64,000 bases of DNA from Vicinamibacterales bacterium (GTDB lineage: Bacteria; Acidobacteriota; Vicinamibacteria; Vicinamibacterales; UBA8438). Positions 1-9,244 of this stretch are shown here, piece by piece. Made by a program: the position numbers and the translations under genes. The notes below the pieces were generated by a model, which made no database searches, had not been told where the DNA came from, and worked only from the letters and a program-made list of their open reading frames with translations. Within the stretch, counting starts at the first letter, position 1. Each line of letters starts with the position of its first letter. The DNA lies in the NCBI GenBank assembly GCA_965243615.1, contig CBDEVO010000003.1:3464383-3528382 (forward strand). Reading direction: 5' to 3'.

Positions 1-98
1 CCACGCGCAGACGGGCTCGATCTCGGGCCCGTTCGGACTGCTCCCGGGTTGTTGCCCCAGGCCGTTCCGGGTAGGAGAGCGAAGGGGGATCGCAAGGG

Positions 99-126
99 TT
101 GATCAGTGATACATATGTATTATATT
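99..126 (+). promoter_or_regulatory. Putative sigma70 promoter of the lexA-imu operon overlapping a perfect 12-bp palindrome (candidate LexA operator)
   Basis: TTGATC (99-104), 16-bp spacer, TATATT (121-126). ATACATATGTAT (109-120) is self-complementary. AT-rich island about 8 nt before the ATG at 135. Confidence 0.55.
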
Positions 127-134
127 CTCCGGAC

Positions 135-743
135 ATGAGCCAGGCACGGGTGGAGCGGACCCGCGACCGGGTGTTCCGGTTCGTTCGCGACCGGCTGCTC
201 GCCGGCGACCCGCCGACGGTGCGCGAGGTGCAGCAGGTGTTCGGCTTCCGCACGCCGCACACGGCGCGGTACCACCTGGAGAAGCTCGTGGCCGAACGGA
301 AGCTGTCGGCGGCCCGCGGCAAGGCCCGCGGCTATCGCCTGCCGATGGGCGGCGAGCCAGCGGCGCCGGTGGGCTGGGTGCCGCTGCTGGGGCGGGTCGA
401 GGCGGGGCGTCCGGCCGAGGCGGTCGAGGACGTCGAAGGCTACGTTCCGATGCCGGCCGATCGGGCGGGGGCGGGGCTGTTCGCGCTGCGGGTGCAGGGG
501 CGCAGCATGGTGGGGGCCGGCATCCTGCCCGGCGATCTCGTGATCGTGCGGCGCCAGCCGACCGCCGATCCGGGGGCGCTGGTGGTGGCCCTGGTCGACG
601 GCGAGGCGACGGTCAAGCGGCTGCGCCGGCGGGACGGGCGGGTGGAGCTGCACCCGGAGAACCCCGAGTTCGCGCCCATCCGGTCCGACCGGGAGATAAC
701 CCTGCTCGGCAAGGTCGTCGAGGTGCGCCGCACCGTAGGTTGA
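135..743 (+). CDS. lexA: SOS repressor LexA
   Basis: N-terminal wHTH (PPTVREVQQVFGF), Ala-Gly cleavage site (GRVEAG), catalytic Ser (GRSM) and Lys (TVKR); first gene of the imu cassette. Confidence 0.93.
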   Translation: MSQARVERTRDRVFRFVRDRLLAGDPPTVREVQQVFGFRTPHTARYHLEKLVAERKLSAARGKARGYRLPMGGEPAAPVGWVPLLGRVEAGRPAEAVEDVEGYVPMPADRAGAGLFALRVQGRSMVGAGILPGDLVIVRRQPTADPGALVVALVDGEATVKRLRRRDGRVELHPENPEFAPIRSDREITLLGKVVEVRRTVG

Positions 744-755
744 TGGGGATGCGCG

Positions 756-1526
756 ATGGCCCGCGCCGCAACGCTGAAGCTGCCGCCGCGACTGGCGGGG
801 CGCCTGGTGGCGTCCCCGCTCCCGGGTGCGCCCGCCGCCCCGGGGCCGGCCGGCGGGCCGCTCAGGTCGTGGCGTTTCGCGGCCCTGGCCGGGCGGCTGG
901 CCGAGTTGTCGAGCCGGGAGGGGGCGGCGGGGCTGACCCTGGCGTTCTCGCTGGTGCTCGATGCCCAGCGGGCCGGCGAGCCGGTGGGCTGGCTGACGGT
1001 TGACGAGAGCGCCTTCTTCCCCCCCGACGCGGCGCGCGGCGGCGTCGACCTCGACGCCCTCGTCGTTGTCCGGCTGCCGGCGGCCGGGCAGCTCCCGCGC
1101 GCGGCCGAGCACCTGGCGCGCTCGGGCGCCTTCGGCCTCCTCGTGCTCGACCTCGGCGAGGCCGCCCGGGTGCCGGTCCCCATGCAGATGCGCCTGCTCG
1201 GTCTGGCCCGGCAGCACGAGTCGGCGGTGCTGTTCCTGACCCGGAAGGGGGCCGGCGACGCGTCGCTCGGCTCCCTCGTGTCGCTCAGGGCCGAGGCGGG
1301 GCAGGCGCCGGCGGGTCCGGCGGCGGCCGGGGAGGACGCTCCGGGGAGTTCGCCCCGTGCCGAGCCGGCCGGGGGGGCGCCGGCGGGTCCGGCGGCGGCC
1401 GGGGAGGACGCTCCCCGCTACGGGGCCGGCGCCTTCACGTGCACCGCCCGGGTGATCAAGGACAAGCGGGGCGGGCCCGGGTGGAGGCACGTCGAGGTGT
1501 GCCGTGGACCGGATGGCCTGTGTTGA
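756..1526 (+). CDS. imuA: ImuA / RecA-like mutasome accessory protein
   Basis: RecA-like core (FFPPDAARGGVDLDAL, LARSGAFGLLVLD, LGSLVSLR) without a canonical Walker A; lies between lexA and imuB. Confidence 0.85.
   Translation: MARAATLKLPPRLAGRLVASPLPGAPAAPGPAGGPLRSWRFAALAGRLAELSSREGAAGLTLAFSLVLDAQRAGEPVGWLTVDESAFFPPDAARGGVDLDALVVVRLPAAGQLPRAAEHLARSGAFGLLVLDLGEAARVPVPMQMRLLGLARQHESAVLFLTRKGAGDASLGSLVSLRAEAGQAPAGPAAAGEDAPGSSPRAEPAGGAPAGPAAAGEDAPRYGAGAFTCTARVIKDKRGGPGWRHVEVCRGPDGLC
1304..1414 (+). repeat. 39-bp exact direct repeat x2 (period 72) inside imuA
   Basis: GGCGCCGGCGGGTCCGGCGGCGGCCGGGGAGGACGCTCC at 1304-1342 and 1376-1414; encodes APAGPAAAGEDAP twice. Confidence 0.9.
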
Positions 1527-1629
1527 CGCGCCGCCGCCGCAGTTGCCGTTGCCGCTGTCGGAACCGTCGGACGGATCCGGGGTGGAGGCACGTCGAGGTG
1601 TGCCGTGGACCGGATGGCCTGTGTTGACG
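1479..1629 (+). repeat. 50-bp exact direct repeat duplicating the imuA-stop/imuB-start junction (period 101)
   Basis: GGGTGGAGGCACGTCGAGGTGTGCCGTGGACCGGATGGCCTGTGTTGACG at 1479-1528 and 1580-1629. Confidence 0.92.
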
Positions 1630-3215
1630 TGCCGGCGTTGCCCCTCCAGTTGCTGATGCGCCGGCACCCCGCGTGGGCGGCGCACCCGGCGGCGGTGGTC
1701 GACCGCGACCGGCCGCAGGGGGTCGTCGAGTGGGTGAACGAGCCTGCCCGCCGGGCCGGGGTGCTGCCCGGCATGTCGTACGCGACGGGGCTCTCGCTGG
1801 CCGGTGGGCTCCGTGCGGCCGAGGTGCCCCCCGGCGACGTCGCGGCCGGCGTCGATGCGGTCGTCGGCCTGCTCCGGCGGTTCACGCCCGGCGTCGAGCC
1901 GTCCCGCGCCCGTCCCGGCGTGTTCTGGCTCGACGCCTCGGGGCTGCAGCCGCTGTTCGCCTCCCTCGTGGACTGGGGGCGCGGGATATGGGCGCATCTG
2001 CGGGGGGCCGGGTTCCGGGGCCGGGTGGTGGTGGGGTTCACCCGGTTCGGCACGTATGCGCTGGCCAGGAGTCCGTGTCGTGGAACGGTCCGGACTCCTC
2101 GCGGGTTGGTTGGGCGCCAAGCGGAGCCGTCAGGCGACGATTGGCGGGCTGGGGCCGGGGCGGAAGCGGACCGGGGGGAGGGGGACGGTCAGGTGACGGT
2201 GCTCGACGACGCCGCGGCCGAGCGGCGGGCGGCCCGCCGCGTCCCCCTGCGCCGGCTCGACGTCGACCCCGCGCTGCGCGACGCCCTCGACAAGCTCGGG
2301 GTCCGCACCGTCGGGGCGTTCCTGCGGCTGCCGGCCGCCGGCGTCCGCCGGCGCTTCGGCCGCGAGGCGCACCGGCTGCACCGCGAGGCGGCGGGGGACC
2401 TGGCGGTCCCCTTCCAGCCCGCGCCGGCGGTCGAGCCGCTCGCGCGCCGCCTCGACCTCGACGCGCCGGAGACGGGGGTCGAGGGCCTGCTGTTCCGGGT
2501 CAAGCAGGCGCTCGACCCGTTGCTCGGGGTGATGGCGTCGCGGCAGGAGGCGCTGGCCGGCCTCGAGCTCCGCCTGCGGCTGGACGCGCCGGCCACGGCG
2601 CCGCGGGTCGAGCGGGTCGAGCGCATCCGCCCCGCCGCCCCGACCCTCGACGTCCGACAGGTCCTGAACCTCGTGCGACTGCGCGTCGAAGGGCTGGCCC
2701 TGTCCGCCGGGGTGATCGAGATCGGCCTGGCGGTGACGCCGGCGCGGGCGACCCGCGAGCAACTGCGGCTCTTCCAGGAGGGGACCCGGCGCGACCTCCG
2801 GGCCGCAGACCGCGCCGTGGCCCGCGTCAGGGCCGAGTTCGGCGACGGCGCGGTGGTGCGGGCGGCGCTCGCCGACGGCCATCTGCCCGAGGCGGCCTTC
2901 GACTGGCGGCCGCTCGACCACGTCGTGCGCCCGGTCCCCGCCCCGGACGGCGTCCTCTCGTTGGTGCGGCGCTTCTTCGCCGCGCCGCGCCGGATGCCGT
3001 CCCCGCGGCAGCGCGAGCTGGACGGTAGAGTGGCGCCCGGCGCTGGTCCCGGCCGGGCCGGCGGGATGCGCGGGCCCTACGTGGTGGCGGGCGGCTGGTG
3101 GAGGACCCCGATCCACCGCGAGTACTACTTCGCCGGGGCCGGGGGGCGGGCCTGGCGCTGGATCTACTACGACCGCCGCCGCCGGGCCTGGTTCGAGCAG
3201 GGCGCGGTGGAATGA
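1605..3215 (+). CDS. imuB: ImuB, inactive Y-family polymerase-like protein
   Basis: Y-family N-terminus ([22 protein letters not shown]), clamp-binding-like QLRLF, C-terminal [10 protein letters not shown]...REYY motif. Confidence 0.9.
   Translation: MDRMACVDVPALPLQLLMRRHPAWAAHPAAVVDRDRPQGVVEWVNEPARRAGVLPGMSYATGLSLAGGLRAAEVPPGDVAAGVDAVVGLLRRFTPGVEPSRARPGVFWLDASGLQPLFASLVDWGRGIWAHLRGAGFRGRVVVGFTRFGTYALARSPCRGTVRTPRGLVGRQAEPSGDDWRAGAGAEADRGEGDGQVTVLDDAAAERRAARRVPLRRLDVDPALRDALDKLGVRTVGAFLRLPAAGVRRRFGREAHRLHREAAGDLAVPFQPAPAVEPLARRLDLDAPETGVEGLLFRVKQALDPLLGVMASRQEALAGLELRLRLDAPATAPRVERVERIRPAAPTLDVRQVLNLVRLRVEGLALSAGVIEIGLAVTPARATREQLRLFQEGTRRDLRAADRAVARVRAEFGDGAVVRAALADGHLPEAAFDWRPLDHVVRPVPAPDGVLSLVRRFFAAPRRMPSPRQRELDGRVAPGAGPGRAGGMRGPYVVAGGWWRTPIHREYYFAGAGGRAWRWIYYDRRRRAWFEQGAVE
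2062..2142 (+). repeat. Copy of the ~80-bp dispersed repeat, in frame inside imuB
   Basis: 62/81 ungapped identity by hand alignment to 22315-22395; similar to units at 21403-21602; internal IR AGGAGTCCG (2067-2075) / CGGACTCCT (2091-2099). Confidence 0.8.
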
Positions 3216-3304
3216 AGCGGCGGTCGCATGGCCGCGGTCGAATGAGCGCAGTGACCCGAGCCGAGGTGGCATGAGCCGGGTGGGAAACGGCCGAGGTGGA
3301 GTAC
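3201..3304 (+). repeat. Four degenerate ~30-bp-period copies of the imuB/dnaE2 junction motif
   Basis: GGCGCGGTGGAATGA (3201), GCCGCGGTCGAATGA (3231), GCCGAGGTGGCATGA (3260), GCCGAGGTGGAGTAC (3290). Confidence 0.7.
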
Positions 3305-6300
3305 GCGCCGCTCTGGTGCAAGAGCAACTACTCGTTTCTGGAAGGCGCCTCCCATCCCGAGGAGCTGGTCGAGCAGGCCCACGCCCTGGGCCTGCGCGGC
3401 CTCGCCCTGACCGACCGGGACGGCGTCTACGGCATCGTGCGCGCCCACGTGCGGGCCCGCGAGCTCGGCGTGCACCTGATCTGCGGGGCCCAGATGTCGC
3501 TGGCGGGCGGGGCGCAGGTGGTGTTGCTGGCCGCCGATCGCGCCGGCTACGCCAACCTCTGCCGGCTCATTACCCTCGGCCGTCTCCGACACGCCAAGGG
3601 CGAGTGCACGGTCACCGCCGACGAGGTCTGCGGGCACGGCGGGGGGCTGCTGGCCCTCTGGCCCGGCGCCCACTGGGCGGCCGAGGCCGACGCCGACCGC
3701 GACCGCCCGGCCCTGGCCGCCCTTCGCGACGCCTTCGGCGACCGGGCCTGCGGGCTGCTGGCCCGCCACCGCCTCGCCGGCGAGGGGCCGCGGGAGGGTT
3801 GGCTGCGGGCGCGGGCCCGGGAGATCGGCCTGCCCCTGGCGGCGGCGACCGAGGTGCTCTACCACGACCCGGCGCGCCGCGATCTCCAGGACGTGCTGAC
3901 CTGCATCCGGCACGGCGTCAGCCTCGCCCGGGCGGGACGGCGCATCCACGCCAACGCCGAGCACGGCCTGAAGTCTCCGGCCGCCGTCGCCGCGCTGTAC
4001 CGCGACGACCCCGCCGCGGTGGCGCGTACGGTCGAGATAGCGGCCCGGTGCCGCTTCTCGCTCGACGCCATCCGCTACCGTTACCCGTCCGAACGCCTGC
4101 CCGACGGCGACACCTCGTCGAGCTGGCTCGCCCGGCTCACCGAGGAGGGGGCGCGCCGTCGCTTCGGCGGCCGAGTACCCGCCGCGTTGCGGACGCAGAT
4201 TGCGAAGGAGCTGGCCCTCATCGACGAGCTCGACTACTGCGGCTACTTCCTCACCATGTGGGAGATCGTCGAGTTCTGCCGCCGCCACGGCATCCTCTGC
4301 CAGGGGCGGGGGTCGGCCGCCAACTCGGCCGTCTGCTACTGCCTCGGCATCACCGCCGTCGACCCCACCCGGGTCGACCTGTTGTTCGAGCGCTTCCTGT
4401 CGCGCGAGCGGGCCGAGCCGCCCGACATCGACCTCGACATCATGCACGAGCGGCGGGAGGAGGTGATTCAGTTCGTCTACGAGAAGTACGGGCGCGACCG
4501 GGCGGCGATGGTCGCCAACGTCGTCCGCTACCGCGCCCGCTCGGCCGTGCGCGAGGTGGGGAAGGCGCTGGGGCTGCCCGAGACCCCGGTCGACCGGCTC
4601 GCCAGGCGGTTGTCCCACTACGACGCCGTCGACGGGGACACGGTGCGGCAGGTGCTGGACGGCGAGGGCCCGGCGGCGGCGCACCTCGTGCGGCTCGCCG
4701 GCGAGATCCGGGACTTCCCCCGCCACCTGTCCATTCACCCCGGCGGCTTTCTCTTGGGCCACGAGCCGGTGCACGACCTGGTGCCGATCGAAAACGCGGC
4801 GATGCCCGGCCGCACCGTGATCCAGTGGGACAAGGAGGACCTGGAGAACCTCGGGCTGTTCAAGGTCGACCTGCTGGGGCTGGGGGCGTTGACCCAGCTC
4901 GACCTGTCGTTCGGGCTGATCGAGCGGCATTACGGCCGCACGCTGTCGATGGCCGCGATCCCGGAGGGGGACGAGGCCACCTACGACATGATCTGCCGCG
5001 GCGACACCGTCGGCGTCTTCCAGATCGAGAGCCGGGCGCAGATGGCGATGCTGCCGCGGCTCAGGCCGCGCAGCTACTACGACCTCGTCATCGAGGTGTC
5101 CATCGTCCGGCCGGGGCCCATCACCGGCGGGATGGTGCACCCGTACCTGCGTCGGCGCAACGGGGAGGAGGCGGTGGCCTACCCCCACCCGTGTCTCGAG
5201 CCGGTGCTCGAGAAGACGCTGGGGGTGCCGCTGTTCCAGGAGCAGGTGATGAAGCTCGCGATGGTCGCCGCCGACTACACCCCCGGCGAGGCGGACCAGT
5301 TGCGGCGCGACATGGCGGCGTGGCGGCGCAGCGGGCGGATAGAGCGTCACCGCGAGCGGCTGGTCGGCAGGATGACGGCCAAGGGCATCGCCCCCGAGTT
5401 CGCCGAGCGGGTGTTCGACCAGATTCGCGGCTTCGGGGACTACGGGTTTCCCGAGAGCCACGCGGCCAGCTTCGCGCTCATCGCCTACGCCACGTCCTGG
5501 CTCCGGCGCCACTATCCCGACGTCTTCACCTGCGCACTGCTCAACGCGCAGCCGATGGGGTTCTACGCGCCGGCCACCATCGTCGACGACGCCCGGCGGC
5601 ACGGCGTCGACGTGCGCCCGGTCGACGTCGCCTGCAGCGACTGGGACTGCACCCTGGAGCCGGCGGGCGAGGCGCCGTCTTCTCCAGCGCCGGTGCCGGT
5701 CGGCGCGGGCGGGTCGACGGGGCCGGCGCGGTCGGACCCGGCCATCGGCGCCCTGCCGCGCCGATCGTCGCCCGACCGCTCCTCGGGGAGTCTGTCCAGG
5801 CGCCGTTCTGCGGGCGCCCAGACCGAGGAGAGCAGGACCCGGGCCGTCGACTCGGGGAGTCTGTCCAGGCGGCGGCGTTCTGCGGGGACGCCCAGGTTCG
5901 CGGTGCGGATGGGGCTGCGGTACGTCAAGGGGTTGTCCGAATCGCGCGACTGGGCCCGCATCGAGGCCGCGCGCGGGCGGGTACGGTTCGGCTCGGTTGC
6001 CGACTTCGTGGCCCGGACCGGCCTCGACGAGCGGGTGGCGGGCCGTCTCGCCGAGGCGGGGGCGCTGGCCGGTCTGGAGCGGCGGCGCCGCGACGCGCTC
6101 TGGCAGGTCCGCGGCCTCGTCCATGCGCGCGCGCCGGTCCTGCCGCCCGGGGCCGCGCGGGACGAGACCCCCGCGTTCGACGACCTGGACCCGGGCGAGA
6201 CCATCGCGTGGGACTACCGCACCAGCGCGCACAGCCCGCGCGGCCATCCCCTCGCCGCCCTGCGGGCGCAGCTCGGGGCCCGGCGCCTTCCCGACGCCCG

Positions 6301-6607
6301 CACCGTCTCGGCGATGCGCGACGGGCGGAAGACGCGCTACGCCGGCCTCGTCATCTGCCGGCAGCGTCCCGGCACCGCGGGCGGGGTCGTGTTCATGACT
6401 CTGGAGGACGAGACCGGGTTCGTGAACCTGGTCGTGTGGAGCCGGGTGTTCGACGCGCATGCGCTGATCGCGAGGACCGCGTCTTTCCTCGGCGTGACCG
6501 GCAGGATTCAGCGGGCGGACGGCGTCGTGCACCTCGTCGCCGACACGTTGTGGCGGCCCGAGCTCGACGCGGGGCCGAACGCGGTCGGCAGCCGGGACTT
6601 CCACTAG
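3296..6607 (+). CDS. dnaE2: Error-prone DNA polymerase III alpha DnaE2 (ImuC)
   Basis: PHP domain ([10 protein letters not shown]), GRGSAANS, catalytic PDIDLD, GFPESHA, OB fold, DnaE2-type C-terminal SRDFH. Confidence 0.97.
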   Translation: MEYAPLWCKSNYSFLEGASHPEELVEQAHALGLRGLALTDRDGVYGIVRAHVRARELGVHLICGAQMSLAGGAQVVLLAADRAGYANLCRLITLGRLRHAKGECTVTADEVCGHGGGLLALWPGAHWAAEADADRDRPALAALRDAFGDRACGLLARHRLAGEGPREGWLRARAREIGLPLAAATEVLYHDPARRDLQDVLTCIRHGVSLARAGRRIHANAEHGLKSPAAVAALYRDDPAAVARTVEIAARCRFSLDAIRYRYPSERLPDGDTSSSWLARLTEEGARRRFGGRVPAALRTQIAKELALIDELDYCGYFLTMWEIVEFCRRHGILCQGRGSAANSAVCYCLGITAVDPTRVDLLFERFLSRERAEPPDIDLDIMHERREEVIQFVYEKYGRDRAAMVANVVRYRARSAVREVGKALGLPETPVDRLARRLSHYDAVDGDTVRQVLDGEGPAAAHLVRLAGEIRDFPRHLSIHPGGFLLGHEPVHDLVPIENAAMPGRTVIQWDKEDLENLGLFKVDLLGLGALTQLDLSFGLIERHYGRTLSMAAIPEGDEATYDMICRGDTVGVFQIESRAQMAMLPRLRPRSYYDLVIEVSIVRPGPITGGMVHPYLRRRNGEEAVAYPHPCLEPVLEKTLGVPLFQEQVMKLAMVAADYTPGEADQLRRDMAAWRRSGRIERHRERLVGRMTAKGIAPEFAERVFDQIRGFGDYGFPESHAASFALIAYATSWLRRHYPDVFTCALLNAQPMGFYAPATIVDDARRHGVDVRPVDVACSDWDCTLEPAGEAPSSPAPVPVGAGGSTGPARSDPAIGALPRRSSPDRSSGSLSRRRSAGAQTEESRTRAVDSGSLSRRRRSAGTPRFAVRMGLRYVKGLSESRDWARIEAARGRVRFGSVADFVARTGLDERVAGRLAEAGALAGLERRRRDALWQVRGLVHARAPVLPPGAARDETPAFDDLDPGETIAWDYRTSAHSPRGHPLAALRAQLGARRLPDARTVSAMRDGRKTRYAGLVICRQRPGTAGGVVFMTLEDETGFVNLVVWSRVFDAHALIARTASFLGVTGRIQRADGVVHLVADTLWRPELDAGPNAVGSRDFH
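5782..5895 (+). repeat. Imperfect ~40-bp direct repeat x2 in the dnaE2 linker
   Basis: CTCGGGGAGTCTGTCCAGGCG...CGTTCTGCGGG at 5782 and 5851; encodes SGSLSRRR(R)SAG twice. Confidence 0.85.
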
Positions 6608-6642
6608 ATGCGCCTGCGTTGTTGTCCTTTTAACCTGCTTCT

Positions 6643-6696
6643 AATCAATACCTTACAACGATTTCGTTTGACTTCGTGCGGTTCGTCGCCTATGAT
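6643..6696 (+). promoter_or_regulatory. Sigma70 promoter with upstream IHF-consensus site
   Basis: AATCAATACCTTA (6643-6655) matches WATCAANNNNTTR; TTGACT (6668-6673), 17 bp, TATGAT (6691-6696); RBS AGGAGA at 6725. Confidence 0.65.
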
Positions 6697-6739
6697 GACC
6701 ACTTTCGCAGATTCACCCCGTTCCAGGAGATCAACTTCC

Positions 6740-7789
6740 ATGAAGGACTGTGTTCGAAGCGCTTGGGTCGTGGCCGGGTGCGTCACGGCGATGATGTTCG
6801 CGGCTGTGCCGGTCGGCGCGCAAGACCTCGAAGACTGGCAGGAGGAAGAGCTGCGCACCCTCGTGGTGGCCGTGGACCAGGCCCGCCGGGGTGAGCGCGC
6901 TCCCGACGTCGGCGCGATCACCTATCTGCCCAGCTACCTCAAGGGCGCCGACGACGTTACCTATGTCCCGTTCACGCTGCTGATCGATCCGGCGGCGGTG
7001 AGCGATGAGGACAACGACGTCCAGGACAACATCGTCGCCTACGTGGCCATGGCCGAGCCCGGCTCCGACTCGTCGGATCTGGACTTCGAGAATGGCTTCT
7101 ACGTCGAGGCCGACGAGCGGGAGGGCGATCGGGTACGTGTCGCCGGCAACCTGCAGGCCGAAGGCGGCGACTACGACCTCTACATCGCCATCCGCTACAG
7201 CTTCGACGACGATGCGCCGGTAGAGCGGTCCCTCGACCCGGTGACGAGACGGATCATCGAACAGACGGTCGTTCCGCCGATCACCATCCTGCGCGAGCGC
7301 GTCACGATTCCCGACCTGTGGAACGACGAGCTGCAGACCAGCAGCGTCCTGCTGATCCAGGACGTGCAGCCCTTGCAACAGGCCCCGACCCCGGAAGAGC
7401 TCGCCGAGTTCCCCTACATGGTCGGCCCGACCCGGGTCATTCCCCGGCTGAGCGTCGACTTCGGCAAGCAGGACGTGCTGGGCTTCGTGTTCGTCATCTA
7501 CAACACCGGACACGACGGCGGGGTGCCCGACGTCACCGTCGACTACGACTTCTACACGCAGGACGACGGCGGCGAGGATCTCTTCAACAGCACCGCCCCG
7601 CAGCAGCTCGGCCCGCAGACCCTGCCGCCGGGCTTCGACGTCCGGCAGGGGATGCAGCTCGTCACCGGGCAGAACATCCCCCTCGGCGGCTTCCCCGCCG
7701 GCTCCTATCGTCTCGAGATCAAGGTCACCGACAACGAGGAGGACGAGGAGCTGACGCAGGAGCTCTTCTTCTCGGTCGCCGACAACTAG
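6740..7789 (+). CDS. Secreted acidic hypothetical protein with C-terminal Ig-like beta-sandwich
   Basis: RBS, signal peptide ending VGA-Q, typical high-GC codon usage, C-terminal IPLGGFPAGSYRLEIKVTD. Confidence 0.8.
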   Translation: MKDCVRSAWVVAGCVTAMMFAAVPVGAQDLEDWQEEELRTLVVAVDQARRGERAPDVGAITYLPSYLKGADDVTYVPFTLLIDPAAVSDEDNDVQDNIVAYVAMAEPGSDSSDLDFENGFYVEADEREGDRVRVAGNLQAEGGDYDLYIAIRYSFDDDAPVERSLDPVTRRIIEQTVVPPITILRERVTIPDLWNDELQTSSVLLIQDVQPLQQAPTPEELAEFPYMVGPTRVIPRLSVDFGKQDVLGFVFVIYNTGHDGGVPDVTVDYDFYTQDDGGEDLFNSTAPQQLGPQTLPPGFDVRQGMQLVTGQNIPLGGFPAGSYRLEIKVTDNEEDEELTQELFFSVADN

Positions 7790-7805
7790 CCCGAGGCCCG
7801 CTCCG

Positions 7806-7846
7806 CCCGCTGTCCGCGCCGTGTCTCGGCGCGGACAGCGGGTTTC
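7806..7846. terminator. 16-bp perfect hairpin between convergent genes
   Basis: CCCGCTGTCCGCGCCG-TGTCT-CGGCGCGGACAGCGGG followed by TTTC. Confidence 0.7.
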
Positions 7847-7903
7847 GCCTTGCACCGCAAGCCCCCGGCCCGGCTGCTCCCCGCGGTCCCGTGCCGCCGT
7901 CCG

Positions 7904-9025
7904 TCAGGGGGCGCCGTCCACCACGATGGTCATGTCGCCGCTGAAGGTCGACAGCTCGAGGCGGGCGCCGCCGCCGCCGACGGTGCCGTCTATCTCGCGG
8001 TTGCCGGTGCGGCTTCCGAGGTCGAAGAGCGAGTCGACGGTCAAGACGCCGGTCGTCTCCACCGGCGTTTCATCGACCCGGCCCCGAGTCGTGAAGAACC
8101 TGCCGCCGGTTGTCAGTTCGACGGTCCGGTTGCCCCGCCCGGCGACCCGGACCGTGATCGGAGCGTTCAATTCCAGAGCGCCGCTGAAGGACTGCGCCTC
8201 GAGATCGAATCCGGTCCCGGCCGGCACCGTCGCGCGGATGCTGCCCGAGTGCGACTCGAACTCGTAGCGGCCGTCGGCGTCGAGCGTGCCGTCGAAGGTG
8301 ACCGGTCCCGATACGGTCTCCACGTCGACCCGCCGGGCCTCCACGCGGGTGAGCGCGAGCGTCCCGCTGACCGTCGACACGTCGAGCCGCGGTGCCCGGA
8401 CTCCGTCGATGGTGATCCGCCCGCTGACGGCCTCGGTCGACAGCTCGTCGTCGCTGCCGACGTCGGTCATCCGTAGATCGCCCGACACCATCTCCACCTC
8501 GGCGAGCCGCGGCAGCGAGGCGAGCCGCACGTCGCCGCTGACCGTCTCGATGCTCGTCTCGCCGTCGATGCCCTCCACCGTGACGCCGCCCGAGATCGAC
8601 TCGATCGCGACCCCGACGCCGCGGGGGACGGTCACCTCGTAGTCCACCGCCACGGCGGCCCGCCCGCCTCGGAACAGGCCGCCCAGACGGTCGCCGAGGC
8701 CGCGGCGCGGATACTCGGTCTCGACGGTGACTCGATCGCCCCGCTCCCGGATCTCGATCTCGACGCGGTCGAGCGCATCGTCGGCCGCCGCCTCGCTGAC
8801 GGCTTCGGGATCGACGAGCCGCTTCGTGACGCGCAGCGTCAGCGTGCCGTCGTCGGTCCCGGCTACCGTGATGTCTCCCGAGATGTTGCTGAGCGTGAAC
8901 TGCCCGCCGGGCTCCATCGGAATGGTCCTGACGAGCTCTTCGGTCTGGCCGCCGGCGGTCCCCGCCACCCCTGTCGCCAGGACAACGATGCTCGCGCGCC
9001 GCAGGAACTGTCTGATCATGGTCAC
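7904..9025 (-). CDS. DUF4097-family beta-strand repeat (putative adhesin) protein
   Basis: Signal peptide; repeated (T/S)(V/I)SG(D/x)(V/I) units; downstream of an ECF sigma/anti-sigma pair. Confidence 0.85.
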   Translation of the reverse strand: MTMIRQFLRRASIVVLATGVAGTAGGQTEELVRTIPMEPGGQFTLSNISGDITVAGTDDGTLTLRVTKRLVDPEAVSEAAADDALDRVEIEIRERGDRVTVETEYPRRGLGDRLGGLFRGGRAAVAVDYEVTVPRGVGVAIESISGGVTVEGIDGETSIETVSGDVRLASLPRLAEVEMVSGDLRMTDVGSDDELSTEAVSGRITIDGVRAPRLDVSTVSGTLALTRVEARRVDVETVSGPVTFDGTLDADGRYEFESHSGSIRATVPAGTGFDLEAQSFSGALELNAPITVRVAGRGNRTVELTTGGRFFTTRGRVDETPVETTGVLTVDSLFDLGSRTGNREIDGTVGGGGARLELSTFSGDMTIVVDGAP

Positions 9026-9244
9026 TCTCCGTTTCGGTTCCGTCCGCCGCTCCGGTCCGTCCCGGGAAGCGGCTCAGCCGGGCCGGGGTCACCTGCCGAA
9101 GACGATCGCGGCACCGGCAACATCTCTCCGGCCGTCCCCGGTCGGTCCGTCGTCGCGGTGTCCGCGGCCCGCTGCGGCCGATCGGTGCCGCCGCGCTCAC
9201 ATCCGTCGCTTCCAGGCCGCCAACCGGGGTGCTCGCGGCCCGCG

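Noticed and set aside
3272-3274. Selenocysteine recoding of the TGA upstream of dnaE2
   Set aside because: No redox motif context, no clear SECIS-like hairpin, and the DnaE2 domain starts after it.
5660-5899. Intein in DnaE2
   Set aside because: No Cys/Ser start with a His-Asn end, and too short and low in complexity.
3167-6633. 1120-aa (+, 3271-6633) and 1145-aa (-, 3167-6604) ORFs overlapping dnaE2
   Set aside because: Arg/Gly/Pro-rich or antisense shadow frames expected from high GC3; no recognisable motifs.
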